A stretch of DNA of 63,224 nt, the filler included, from Reticulomyxa filosa (lineage: Eukaryota > Protista > Foraminifera): assembly GCA_000512085.1 (NCBI GenBank). It is 19 parts of 19 records of this genome, joined end to end, with 100 filler letters (N's around TTAATTAATTAA, not from the genome) between each part and the next. Parts side by side here need not be neighbours in the genome. Positions count along the whole stretch, not along the records: positions 14,268 to 15,795 come from ASPP01026703.1; positions 15,896 to 17,645 come from ASPP01009602.1; positions 17,746 to 21,554 come from ASPP01019994.1; positions 21,655 to 24,081 come from ASPP01012521.1; positions 24,182 to 25,267 come from ASPP01031968.1; positions 25,368 to 26,515 come from ASPP01004803.1; positions 26,616 to 27,615 come from ASPP01048746.1; 12 more parts are not named here. One strand, written 5' to 3'. Shown one piece after another: positions 14,268 to 27,002 of this stretch. The translations under genes were made by a program, and so were the position numbers. Below the pieces are notes generated by a model. The model was not told where the DNA came from, ran no database searches, and saw only the letters and a program-made list of their open reading frames with translations. The number at the start of each line of letters is the position of its first letter. The stretch's first letter is position 1.

Positions 14268-15075
14268 AACATTTGATGATTGTCAATTCATTTGTTCTGG
14301 ATCAGAGGATACACAGTTCGTGTATGGGATGTTGATAACAACAAACAAATTCAATCATTCAATGGACATTCAGATAATGTGTTTTGTGTGAAATTTTCAT
14401 CATATCATTATCATAATCATCATCTAAATGTCATTTGTTCTTCATCACGTGGCAAATCCATTCGTTTTTGGGATTTCAAACATAATAAACAGTTACAAAT
14501 ATTCGATGAACACACTAATAGTGTTTGTAGTATTGAATTTTCACCATTTAATAGTGGTAAATATTTGTGTTCTAGATCATGCGACAAAACAATTTGTTTA
14601 TGGAATGTTGAAACATCAAAATTATTACGAGTTTTCAATGGACATACTGATTATGTCTTTTGTGTTATATTTCACCATTACAAAGTAAGAACATTGATGA
14701 TAACAATAATGAAAGTGGTGATATTGGTGTGATTGGTGGAAATGATTATACAATTTGTTCTGGATCACATGATAAAACCATTCGAATATGGGATATTGAA
14801 ACAACCAAACATTCAATGTATTCAAAGAGCATACAGATTGTGTGACTAGTGTAAAATATGGGTCAAATGAATTATTAAATACAATATTATCTGGATCAAG
14901 AGATAAAAGTGTTCGTTTGTGGGATATTCGATCTGGTCAGCAAATCTAAGTGTTTAAAGGACATTCAAGTGTTGTGACGTGTGTGGAATATTCATCATTT
15001 GTAATAAAGAATAGTATTGGTGATTCAAATGTGATATGTTCTGGATCATTTGATAATACAATTAAATTTTGTAAT
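14268..15075 (+). pseudogene. WD40-repeat gene of the expanded family, disrupted
   Basis: Repeats ...FNGH..VFCVKFS...ICSGS.DKTIRIWD, with several frameshifts and a TAA in the QI*VFKGH repeat (~14947). Confidence 0.85.
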
Positions 15076-15553
15076 TCATGACATAAATTTTTTCTATTTC
15101 GAAAAACACGGAATATAATTAAAAAACTTGAATCTTTTTAAATAATACAATGATGATATAAGAAAAATTTATTTCAATACATCTTTTTCGACAAATTATT
15201 GGATAACATCTTTAAGCACCAACTCAATATTTCCGCCATGATTTGCTATTTTTTTCTGCAACTCTTCTTCGTTGACAGAGTTTCCAAATAATCGAATTAA
15301 TTTTTTTATTTAACACAAAGCAAAGCTTATTTTGTTGTATTTCCTCTAAGTCTTCAAAAGATCGTTGTATGTGATGTCCATTTTTTTTAACGTCAGAAAA
15401 GCAGAATAAAGCTACTTGTTGTGGTAATGAGTTGACAAATGTGCTAAAAGATACACAGAAATTGCAGGTGTCTTATGAGAGCAGCAAGAGATTAGGATTT
15501 GAAAGCGTGAAAAGGGGAAAAGAGTAAAGTCGTATATGAATTGGGAAAATATA

Positions 15554-15795
15554 TAGTATGTTGCAAAGAAAACTGAACGCCTAAAACGATATCTTATGAT
15601 GATAATTGATTTTCTCAATGAAAAATCAACATTTAGATATAATTTTTTTTTATTTTAAAAAATATCTACAAATCTTGTAGTTTTTATCTTTTAATTTTAT
15701 TTTTTTTTATTGGCATCCTTTTTTTGTTGTGATATCATCCAACAAAAAAAGCTATTAAAAAACCAATATCATATTTAAAAACTATAAGATTTGTA
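15554..15795. mobile_element. MITE/foldback element copy 1 (left arm plus start of right arm)
   Basis: TA|TAGTATGTTGCAAAGAAAACTG... is homologous to 17502-17645 and to the reverse complement of 38338-38547. It turns into its own reverse complement near 15730. Confidence 0.75.
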
Positions 15796-15895
15796 NNNNN
15801 NNNNNNNNNNNNNNNNNNNNNNNNNNNNNNNNNNNNNNNTTAATTAATTAANNNNNNNNNNNNNNNNNNNNNNNNNNNNNNNNNNNNNNNNNNNN

Positions 15896-16902
15896 ATTAT
15901 TATTATTATTATTATTATTGTCATTGTTATTATTATTATCATTGTTATTATTATTATTGTTTTCATTACTATTATTATGTGTGTTTGCTTTTGAAAAAGT
16001 CAATTCCTCAACACTTTGCGCTTGTAACCACAAAGCAATGCCCAATTGAGACCATTGCAAACTTCTCACATTTTTTAAGGCGAGCATTTTTTCCAAAGTG
16101 TCCCAATATTCCTTGGTTTGCACTTCAAACCAATTGTATCGGAGCGACTTTCCATTGTTGTGATAAAATGATAACTCGTGTTGCAACAATGATTTCTTTA
16201 CACTGTTGTTTCTATCTCTGTTCTGACCTCTTTCCGACTCTTCATTGCCAAATATATGCACTTGGTAATAATGTGATAGCCATATCAATAAATTTGGTAA
16301 ACATTTGCGTTCAGAGCCTTCCAATAACCATACATTGTGCTTTTGCTTTTTTTTTATTTATTGTTATTGTTATTGATTATGGATGTTTGGACAATCCACA
16401 ACTTCTCTTTTTTACATTGTTTTCATTTGACTCGACAATAAACCTGAAAAAGGGGCGTCAAGTCGACCGAAACATTTCGACAAGCGTACAACGGCAGATA
16501 CAATTTCATCAGTGGGTGGCTTTGAATCTTTTCAGGACAATTGTGCAGTACGCTATATTGCTCCAAAAAGCTTTCAATTGTTTCGGCGCTCAATCGCAGA
16601 TTAAGATAATATGTGCAATTTACTCTCGAATATGCCACAACCCACGTATTATGGCTTATATTCAATTGGTAGGAAAAACTCACATTTGGATGGATCGCTT
16701 GCAGCTTATTTAACCGAGGAGATACTGAAATGTGCAGTGATTGGTTGCAACAAATCCTTTCGCTCTTCACTGCTATCTTTCGCAAGTGCGTGTTTAACAA
16801 TAAATATGTGAATTGCAAATCCCCATCGTATTCCAAAAGATATTCTAAGAGAACATCCGCCAAATCAGTCAAACATCTATTGGGGACTGTTTGACCAGAC
16901 AT
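15896..16902 (-). CDS. Hypothetical protein with F-box-like N-terminus, 3' truncated
   Basis: N-terminal LTDLADVLLEYLLEY resembles the start of an F-box. ORFs 16423-16902 and 15848-16324 are probably two exons. Ends in an (AAT)n poly-N tract. Confidence 0.45.
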
Positions 16903-17501
16903 CTATCGTTTGTTTTTTTTAAAGGGAAATTTAGCTTTGTACTAAAAGCGTCACGCAGTTTTAAAGTATCGTTTTCTCTTTCGTTGCAATGTGTATGCGA
17001 ATGTTTACTTTGAGAAATAAAAACCATTGAGTCAAACATATTAAAAAAAAAGATTACTTGTAAAAATATATTGGCGAAATTACATCTGCTTTTGACTTGC
17101 TCTTCTTTATGTTGGCTTTAAGTGCACGCAAGACATTTGGAAAAGCTTTATTCAAAAGCCAACATTACAAAAAAAGTTTAACATTTCTATTTAAAAAAGC
17201 ATTTTCAAAAAACTAGCACTTTCTCTTAAGTTTTTCTCGTCATTGTCTTTTTCACACTTTTTTTAATTTTTCCTCAACTATTACTTTTTTTTGTTTCTAT
17301 GAAGAGTTAATCACACTAACGAAAAACAAAAACCAAGTATCCAACAGCAAAAAAAAAAAGGAATATCGATCAACCATTTATGTCACAACGACACGAAAGC
17401 AAGTCATAACAACCATTGAATTATCATTAATACTTGAAATGAAAAAAGCAATGCTAGATAAAAAATAGTAAATAACAAATCAAATAAAAACAACTGTACT
17501 A

Positions 17502-17645
17502 CAGTAGATTGCAAAAAAAACTGCCATACCTAAACGGCACTATATGAAGAGAATCGATTTTCTCCATGAAAAATAAAGATTTAAACCTAATTTTTTTTTA
17601 AAAAAATATATACTAATATTGTAGTTTTTAAATGTGAAATTGATC
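17502..17645. mobile_element. MITE/foldback element copy 2 (left arm, diverged)
   Basis: TA|CAGTAGATTGCAAAAAAAACTG...GATTTTCTCCATGAAAAAT...TTGTAGTTTTTAAAT is collinear with copies 1 and 3. Confidence 0.7.
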
Positions 17646-17745
17646 NNNNNNNNNNNNNNNNNNNNNNNNNNNNNNNNNNNNNNNNNNNNTTAATTAATTA
17701 ANNNNNNNNNNNNNNNNNNNNNNNNNNNNNNNNNNNNNNNNNNNN

Positions 17746-18273
17746 ACCAGCAACGATACACGGGCGTCTGAAATGGACTGTGCAAGACACCAAGAAAACT
17801 TTGCATTATTTCAAAAAGATTGTGATAAAAGTAAAAAAATATTTTATTACCTTTATTTTCCCAAATATCAATATCATTGGACCTTGAGATATCCATAATC
17901 CCACGACGTACCACACTAAAATTCGTGTCATATTTCTGTCGGCATACCAATGAAATCTTACCCTTAATTTCATGTTTCCTGACGGCAAATGAGTGTGGAA
18001 CAAGACAATATTTCCTATATCTGGAATGTTAAAGCGGAAAAAATAAATGCCAGCAGGATCACAAAAAGTAATTACAGCCATTGCTTTTGTGTTAGGAATG
18101 ATTTTTCCTTTCCATTTAAGTTGGGCCTCATCCAAGAAATACATAAAGTGAGGATCAGTGGGCCCATATTTCGAAGCATCATGCTCTTTTCCCAATACTG
18201 TTCCGGGAATATGTTGAATTTGCAGCTATCTCCAAATTACTGGAATTTCGAATCGTGTAAACGGTATCATCAT
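17746..18273 (-). pseudogene. Neverland/DAF-36-type Rieske sterol 7-desaturase, C-terminal domain, disrupted
   Basis: LFHTHLP...VRFHWYAD...LVWYVVGLWISQ-[frameshift]-SNDIDIWENK matches the family D..IWENK motif. In-frame TAG near 18226. No Rieske domain is seen upstream. Confidence 0.7.
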
Positions 18274-20664
18274 ACAAAACAAAAAGGATAATTGATATTA
18301 CATTTATATTTTTCTTATTTGAAAAACAAAAATGTAAATAATCAATAATAACAATCAATGCAGATTATATAAATCAATGTTACAAAATATTTTTTTTAAG
18401 TTTAGGAACCTTTTTTTTTTTCTTTTTTTAAAGATTGCTTGTTGTTCAGTCATTAATTTGTAAAAAAAAGAAAAATGAGAAAAAATAATGAGATCACATA
18501 CGCGCCCACAACAGAAAAAGTAAATGATGAAAAACATCAATAGCAAACAACATTGATTTTAACGAATGAAATAAAACCAAAGAACGAATAGATCCAGAAA
18601 AAAAAAAAGAAAAATGACATTGGAAGTCGAGCATTGAACAATTGATTAAGTTTGTTTTTTTTTTTTAAAGAAATTTCTTTACGCGACTAGTTCGCAAAAA
18701 AAAAATACACTTACGTATGATAAAAAAAAAAATAGATTAATTATTAGTGATAATTATGATGCCGTTTGCTCTAATGATAAAATTTTTAAGATAGAGTTAG
18801 TACTAAGTGTTGCGCTTAACAAAATGAGATAAGTATCGACGAACACTGAAGTGTTTTATAATGATAAATTAAAATTTATATACCCGATCCCGATGAAAAA
18901 ATAAGATATTCCTGGATACGGATGATAAAAGAAAATGTTGCAAAAAATGTTGAAATAATTAACATAAGTGAGCGCGTGGTGGTGAGAAGATATGACGATG
19001 ATGAACAACATGTGTATGAAAGGGCAAGTGGCACTGTCAGTGTTCATAAAAAACTTATTAACTTTAAAGGCGCAAACTGTTGTAAAGAAAAAACTGTAAA
19101 AAAAAGTGTTAAAAAAGACTATCTGTTTGTAGTAGCATGTCCGGTTAACAACTTGTCAGCAATCAAATAAGAAGAAAAGGTTTTGTGTCTGTGTTTTATC
19201 TATTTTTTTATACGTATATACGATTGGAGTGGAGGTGATGAAAAAAAGTGTTTTTACCCTTTTTTTTTTTAGATAAAAAAAACTAAAGGCTTGTTGCTGG
19301 CCGCTATTTAGTAAGTGGCCGATCGCAAAGACAAAGACAAAGCTGAAGTAGAAATGAATGATAATAAAAAAAAAAAATTGAAAAAAAATAAATAAATAAA
19401 GGATATGGGGAACTGCTGATGAACAAGCAGAAGCCCAGTACAAGAAAAGTATCGAACGATTTGTGTGCAGTTATACGCTTGGAAAAAGAAAGTTGTGGTG
19501 GTTTATCATTTAACGAAAAAAAAAAGTTACTTTTTTTTACGTATAATTGTTTGTTTTTGTTTTACAGACGAGAATTTTGTTATGAATCTCTAGATTGTAT
19601 AACGATAGACAAGTGGAAAAAATCAAAACGAATGGACTATAGTAGTCTTCTCATTTGTTATTTAAATTTTAAAGTTTTATAAAGGCTCTCAAGCCTCTTT
19701 GATCGTGTCATTTTTTTTTATTGTGAAGGGGAGCAAAGTAATGTTTATCTTATCCGTTTTTTTTTTTAAAATGTATCTCATTTTATTTTTATGTGCGTAA
19801 CGCACTTTTTGAAATCTCATTACTAATCTCCAACTTGTCCTTTAACACATATTGCGCTATCACTTCAAAATTACTTCATCTGTACTTCCTGGTGTTTTCT
19901 TTTCCTCAACTTTTCCTGGTTCATCCATACTCATTTTTACTATTTTGCTTTTAAAAAAAAATAAGCTGTTTGTCTGCACATTTTATCTTTTGATTTTCTT
20001 GTTTGTCATTTTTTTTAACAGTTCTAAAAAAAAAGAATTTCACCTTAATGAGATTTGGCACAACAATAGCATGTATTAAGCTTTGATTTCGTTTTTTTGT
20101 TTGATTGTGGTTGTATTTTCTGATTTTTTTTTTTTGTAAATTTCGTGTTCATGTTGTTATCTCGGATTGTAGACAACTTTCTTCTACACAACCTTTTTGA
20201 AACAAAGCGAACTAATGGTCGGTATGAGTAATCCATATTTTTTTTTATAGCCCCTTCTGGCTTTGACAAAAAAATTGTGTAACAAGTGAGTTGTTTTTGT
20301 CTACGTGCAAAGATTAGTATTTGGTTTAATTTCATAGCAACACAAAAGATAGAACAAAAAGCAGCAAAATCTTTGTGCGGAAAAATAAGGATTTTTTTGT
20401 GAATGTTGCTCCATTGAACAATTAAAAAAAGGAAAAAATTTAAAGAACAAAAAAAAAAATGCATGGTAAAAAAGCATAATTTAAAATGTAATTGGGGATG
20501 GGTCCGTCTTCAAAATTAAGTCTAGGTGTTTTGAAGGGAAAATAAGTTATGGTAAAGAATATTTAAAACAAACAGCCATAATGGACAAACGAAACAAAGC
20601 AAGCGACCAAACAAACAATAGAATACCAAAACAGCAAAAAAAGAAACAACAAACATAAAACAAA

Positions 20665-21554
20665 TTAACAACAAGACCCAAAGCTAGCTGGTTTTGCTCT
20701 TCGAAAGGGGTTTTGAGCGTTATCATTATCCAAGGGATCGAAGTGTGATTGAATGAAGTTTTTGATGAACGCAGCACAATCATCCCGAGGTATTGCAGAT
20801 TGAACGCGCTTAATTTCGGCAAGGTTAGTATCATATTGATTGCGTTCCTGTTGCACTCTGTGTGCCAAAGTGTCGAGTGTTTTGGAGATATCTGCTGGAA
20901 CAGTGTTCTGTATTTTATTTTTTTAAAAAAGGGGGGGGGGTGAAAGTTGTCGTCATTAAAGGGGGGGAGGGGGGAATTTAAAAAAAAAAAAAAAAAAGGA
21001 GGATAGAGGATTCAAAACATTAAATCGTGGAAATCCAAGAGCGATTATTTCCACCCGAACCATGATCGGTTTATCGATACAAGCCCTTCGATAATAAGAA
21101 AGGAATTGCGTTTTGGTCAAGACCCTATCAGTGTCACGAATATGAGTCAATTCCAAAGTTTGATCAATGATATCTTTTTCTTCGAGTGTCCAAATGGCAG
21201 TGTATTTGAGCACTTCGCGTTCAGTCTTTGCGTGTTTCCGACTGCTTTCCTCTTTTGACTCGGCGTGTATTTCATTGAATCGATAGGAAGCACCAGTGGC
21301 AGTGGCTGCGGCAGTTGAGGCCGCCGTGATTGTCGTCGCTGTTTTGTCATGTTCACTGGATATGCTGCTCTCCTTTATCTCACTATCATGCATTTTCCAA
21401 GTGCTCGTTTCTTGTGGCAATTCAGGTTCATGCGTTATCCTATATTTCTTATGTGATTCCACTGATATCTCGCTCAGATTATTACTGTTATTATTATTGT
21501 CATTGCTGTGATCATCTTCTTCTTCTTCTTCTTCTTCTTCTTCTTCTTCTTCTT
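20665..21554 (-). CDS. Protein with low-complexity N-terminus, EF-hand-like module and C-terminal G-protein gamma-like domain ending -CC (5' partial)
   Basis: GT-AG intron 20908-21018 joins ...IALGFPRFN to NTVPADISK... in frame. C-terminus is CAAFIKNFIQSHFDPL...NPFRRAKPASFGSCC*. Confidence 0.6.
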
Positions 21555-21685
21555 NNNNNNNNNNNNNNNNNNNNNNNNNNNNNNNNNNNNNNNNNNNNTT
21601 AATTAATTAANNNNNNNNNNNNNNNNNNNNNNNNNNNNNNNNNNNNNNNNNNNNATATATATATATATTGCTGTTATTATTACGT

Positions 21686-23146
21686 CTAACTTTTGTGAAT
21701 ATCTTGCAATAAATTGGCTTGAAATTTCACAGATTGTTCAAATTCAGATTGAAAAGATGGAGCCGAAGGGACAGTCGTTTGATTTTTCAAATTGATCCAC
21801 AAAGACTTAACATGTTTGTATAATGCGTCAGACTCCATTTGCGCAGTTTGATTGGAGTCGATATACGTATCAAACATACTGGCTATGTTTTCTAACATTT
21901 CGAAGAGGGATGCGTTAGACTCTTTTTCGTTTTTATATTTTTCTTGCATGTCATACCACGCTTGCTCAATCGAAAGTAACAGCTCTTCATTGTTGGAAAC
22001 TGTAAGTCGATCATTCCTATTCGTGTCATCTTCATCTTGTAAACATATTTGACCCAGTTTTTGCACGTGAGTTTGCAACGCTGTGTTTTTTTGAATGAAT
22101 GCATTCCATGACTCTTTTATTTTTGAATACAATGCATCCGCTTCTTCATGTTCGTCGCTACTCACTCCAAATATTTGCGCAATTTTTTCCACTGTTTTTT
22201 GCAGCTTTTCTTTGTCGTTGTACTGCTCATACCACCTTCTTTGCAATGCAATTGTTACTTCATTCGCTTTGTGGGCGAGTACTTCTTTCATGTCATCTCC
22301 TTCATTCACTTCTATCCTAATGTCGAGCTCATACGAAATTACTAGCGTTTTAAGAAATGATATTAAAAGGTCATCTTTGTCTGGGTTCTAAAAATAAAAC
22401 CAATTTGTTTATAGTTTGTAATTTTATTTTTTATTTAACTCTAATTTTCCATTCACTTATTTAATTTTGGTTAACTTGAATCAGTTCGTTCCGTGGTGGG
22501 GACAAAACTTCTTTTTCACCAACATTTTTTTGAAGTTCAATTATCTAATTTTTGTTTAGTATAGATTTATTTAAAAATAATCAACGTTATGAAAGATAAT
22601 TGGCTTTTTTGGTAAAAACTTCTTGATTCGATGGAGTCAGACTGTCTATTAATTCACAAGGAGGAGATTCTGGCGTTTTTGCGAGACTTAGTATTTTTTC
22701 TTGTGTTGTTTCTTTTTTTTGAGATTCGCTCTGTATCTCAATGGTTTTTTGTTCGATTATTGTTATAATTTCGTCAACAATTTTTTCAATTTCATGTGAC
22801 TGATCCATTGAATTAAAAATATTGACACTCCTTTCGTCAAACTTCTGTTTTCACCACATAAAAATATTCTTTTTAATATGAGTGATTGCATTATTAAAAT
22901 TTTGTTGCATACTATGAGGCTGAGGTTTGATGCATAAGGGATTACAGACGTGTTGAGATGTTGCGAACTAAATTTTGATGTGGATATGTTTACTTCTGTG
23001 ATCTCTTGAAGCTTTATTGTATTTTACCGATTCGCTCTGCTGTTCACAAATTTTCATTTAAAAAAAAAGAAAAAAAATCATACACATTCACTGGTAGACG
23101 ATTGACGAACAATTTCGCTTTTTGACTGTATTTCTTGTGTGTCCAT
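21686..23146 (-). CDS. Coiled-coil protein, multi-exon, 3' truncated
   Basis: ATG at 23146 (MDTQEIQSK). Exons include ORFs 22587-22808 and 21686-22309, rich in E/K/Q heptads. Confidence 0.55.
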
Positions 23147-23589
23147 TGTTTAACTAAAAAAACAAACCATTAATGACGAAAACCAAATAAAAGACACCAT
23201 AATGAACTCTAGCATTGAGCATATTCCAACCAAAAATAATGAAGAAACTATTAAAAATGATCAAAACAACCACTATAAATTTGAGACAATTTATAGACGT
23301 CATTTGTTTAAATTTCTCAAACCCCACGACAAAAATATGAAAAATTTATAGTAAAGTCTGAGGCCATAAAATCTTGACTTTTCCTTTGTTACTTACAAAA
23401 CAGCTTTAAAAACTGTTTAAGTAGAATACTTTGTAACTTCAAACTAAGAAAAAAAAAAAAAGATAAAAAAATATAATCCAGTGTTGAAAAGGAGAGTGGA
23501 GGAGAGGGGGTTCGCCACCAGTTAAAACCGGAGGGGAAAGAAAAAAAAAATTCACGTTAGCTTAGTATTGCAAACATTGATCATCTGTC

Positions 23590-24040
23590 ATGGCCGACGA
23601 ACTTAATGAAACAGAAGAAAAATATCCCTCACAAACTGACGCTTCGCCACGAGGCGGCAGCAGTGCGATTGGCTCAGCAAGGTCGGAAGCAAGCACACAA
23701 ATGTCACGACAACCCGAAGCTCAGCCGTCGTCTACCGACAACGCGGCAAAGGAGACGACGAAGGGCCCTGCAGTGGCCAACTTGGATCAAATTCCCCCCA
23801 ACGCCAACCTGTGGGAGTACTTTTTACAGCAAACTTCAGGACAAAAGCGATCGGAAGGACACGTGATTGTGGTGGGCAACGCGGGGGCCGGCAAAACCGA
23901 ACTGATCTCCACCATTGGGCGAATCGAAGGAAAATTTGGCGAAATGAAGAAATTTCTCATGATGCGATATGCTTACATTTATATTTCTGATCCCAACTCG
24001 GACAGTTTCGAACACAATTTCAAAAAAAAACGTATACGTA

Positions 24041-24081
<41 letters not shown>
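23590..24081 (+). CDS. DYNC1LI: Cytoplasmic dynein light intermediate chain, N-terminal part
   Basis: NLWEYFLQ...VIVVGNAGAGKTELI...YAYIYISD matches the DLIC NLW motif, P-loop and Y.Y motif. Confidence 0.8.
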
Positions 24082-24181
24082 NNNNNNNNNNNNNNNNNNN
24101 NNNNNNNNNNNNNNNNNNNNNNNNNTTAATTAATTAANNNNNNNNNNNNNNNNNNNNNNNNNNNNNNNNNNNNNNNNNNNN

Positions 24182-24994
24182 CTTGATGACGCGGACGCCC
24201 TTGTCCTTCTCGATCAGCGGCAGATGGTCGGACGAGACGCCTTCGAGCATGTCGATTTCGCCGTTGAGCAGCGCGTTGACCTGGGTCTCGGCGTCGGGGA
24301 TCGCCAACCATTCGACACGGTCGACGCTTACGACCTTGCCGCCGGACAGGCCCGACATCGGCTCGGACCGCGGCTTGTACTTGGTGAACTTGGTGTAGAC
24401 GAGCTTCTCGCCGGGCTTCCATTCGTCCTTCTTGAACACGAAGGGACCGGAGCCGATATACTCCTCGATCTGCTTGCCCGGATCAGTTTCGGCGATGCGC
24501 TTGGGCATCATGAAGGGAACGACCACCGAGGGCTTGCCCAGCGACTCGATGACCGCGCCGAACTTCTGCTTCAGCACGATCTGGAAGGTCGTGGGATCGA
24601 CGATCTTGTACTCCTTCAGGGCCTGCGCCATCTTCTGGCCCATCGCATCGCGGGCGGACCAGCGCTTCAGCGAGGCGATGCAATCCTCCGCCGTCACGGG
24701 CTGGCCGTCATGCCATTCCAGCCCGTCGCGCAGCTTGAAGGTCCAGACGAGTCCGTCGTCGCTGGTCGTCCACGTATCGACCATCTGCGGCTTCACCTGG
24801 AACTTCTCGTCCATGGCAAAGAGCACGTCGTAGAGCATGTAGCCGTGATTGCGCGTGATGTAGGCGCCGCTCCAGATCGGATCGAGCACTTTCACGTCGG
24901 AGTGCATCACCACCTTCAGTGTTTGTGCCGACGCGATCGGTACGGCGGACACGGTGGCAAGTGCCGCGACGGCGGATAGTAGGAAACGACGCAT
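24182..24994 (-). CDS. Bacterial ABC transporter substrate-binding protein, family 5 (DppA/OppA-like), 3' truncated
   Basis: Signal peptide (..ASAQTLKVV), then LDP, YDVLF, WTFKLRDGLEWHDGQPVTAED and IGSGPF motifs. GC-rich, intronless, Alphaproteobacteria-like. Confidence 0.92.
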
Positions 24995-25160
24995 GAATGG
25001 CCCCCAATGAACAACGCGAGGGTCAAAATTCTAGGGCGAGTTCACAGCCCCTGTCAGCGCGATTGCCTCGTCCGATGAAAAAGAAACTTCATCCGGCGGA
25101 ACAGGCTGCGCGACTCCTGACACGGTTCTTGCAAGCGGCACCGATCAAGAATCAGAGGAG

Positions 25161-25267
25161 TCAGAGCGCGAGCCCGTAAACCCGCGTCGCGGTCCCCGAG
25201 AACAAGGCCTTCTTCTCCGAGGCAGACGCTCCCGCGGAGAGTCGCTTGAAGGCGTTCCACAGCACGC
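25161..25267 (-). CDS. Bacterial amidohydrolase-family protein, C-terminal end (absent from ORF track)
   Basis: Manual translation VLWNAFKRLSAGASASEKKALFSGTATRVYGLAL* shows the typical LF.GTA.RVY.L terminus. It lies upstream of the SBP on the same strand. Confidence 0.7.
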
Positions 25268-26427
25268 NNNNNNNNNNNNNNNNNNNNNNNNNNNNNNNNN
25301 NNNNNNNNNNNTTAATTAATTAANNNNNNNNNNNNNNNNNNNNNNNNNNNNNNNNNNNNNNNNNNNNTTTTTTTTTTTTTTTTTTTTCTTTTGAACTTTT
25401 ATAGAATTTTTCATTTGTTCATCTCTTATGCGTCTTTGATATAAATATGTACATACATATACATATATAGACTCCACCACTGCTCAAACCGATTGAAGAA
25501 AAGAGTCAGACTGCATAAATTGGATAACTATCCACAGCCATGTGAACTTTTTTGCTCCCTTTTTTGAGTCAAACTTTTTGCTGTTTCAAACGTCATAAAA
25601 AAAAAAACGTTTGTTGTGTAATGCACTATTGTCAATGATGTCAACAAGCGACCCCAAAATCTTTTTTTTTTTTTTGCGCATGTTTTTTTTGTTTTCTTTT
25701 TTTCCCCCTTTTTTTGTAATTCGGTCAATGACCACCTGTTTGGTTTTGCAAATGTCCATATATTTTACTTTTGATTAGAATAAAAAAACAACATATCAAA
25801 CACAAAAAGTAGAGCTTGGACATTCTCATTATACAGAGTTTGTAATATTTTACGTTTTGAGTTGAAATTCTCTGCCTTATAAGTCTTAAAAAAGAAGAAC
25901 ATCAATTTTTGATATTTTTGCTGAAAAAAATTATATTGTAAAAAAAAAATTTGCAAAAAAAACACACAAAAGAAATCACATTTCAATACAAAAACAAAAT
26001 GTTTGAAACAAGCGCAGGTATGATGACGCCTTGCGAGTTCGAATATGCTACCAACTTTGGCATTGTTTAAACTCCACTTCGCTTTTTGTCTACTGGTACA
26101 ACCACTTTCCCATTTCTGGATTAATAAGTTCCGGTTTTTTTTGGAGATCTGTGTTATGCATGCGTATTGATCATACATTTTTTAAGCATTTTTCAATTAA
26201 ATCAAAAAAAAATATTAACTTGGAAAATAGGTTGAGTATATAATCACGATTGTAATCACTGCGTTTGCCAACACGACCAATGATAACATACTTTTTTTTC
26301 AGTTTTGTTGTTTCACAGTTGTAATTTGAAAAGGTAATGTGTTGCCCTATAATTTGTAACTTTACACCAAAAAAAAACTTTTTTGGTCTCCTTGGGTGAA
26401 AGTTTATGTTCCTTTTTTTTTTGTTCT

Positions 26428-26500
26428 TTACTTGCTCTTTTTTCTAGTTGTTTTATATTATTTACTTGCTCTTTTTTCTAGTTGTTTTGTATTATTTACT
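26428..26500. repeat. ~33-nt tandem duplication
   Basis: TTTACTTGCTCTTTTTTCTAGTTGTTTT(A/G)TATTA occurs twice, followed by a partial third copy. Confidence 0.8.
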
Positions 26501-27002
26501 TTGTGTTTGGACTTANNNNNNNNNNNNNNNNNNNNNNNNNNNNNNNNNNNNNNNNNNNNTTAATTAATTAANNNNNNNNNNNNNNNNNNNNNNNNNNNNN
26601 NNNNNNNNNNNNNNNCGTGATTACAATTGGAGGAAACATATTATTATTTGCCTTTTTTTTGTTTGTTCAGTTAGCTTACTTAGTAGTTTGTTTATCCGGT
26701 TTATCATTTTGTTTTATTTACTTTTGTGTTGTACTTTCGGGATAGAAGAACGAAACAAAAAAAGGCAGTATCTTTGAAATTTACTTTGTCTATTGTCTGT
26801 GTATGAACTATCCTTACTCCACTTGTTATGTATTCTTTTCGATAATTTTTGCTTTTTTTAACTCATTAGGTCTTTTAAGAACTTTTAATTGAAACAATGT
26901 TGGACTTTCTTCTAAATTCAAGCACATTCTTTAAAATGGATTGTAAAAATGAGCCCAATCTATACAATACTAAGTATAAAAAATGAGAAAAAAAGCGCAC
27001 AT

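Noticed and set aside
15979-16713. 244-aa plus-strand ORF and similar antisense or F/K-rich ORFs across the window
   Set aside because: They are antisense to better-supported genes or translate poly-A/T tracts, with no motifs.
24126-25007. Overlapping alternative ORFs in the GC-rich contig
   Set aside because: Shadow frames caused by high GC. Only the SBP frame has family motifs.
25368-26420. Possible exon fragments in contig 9
   Set aside because: No consistent frame or recognisable motif could be assembled.
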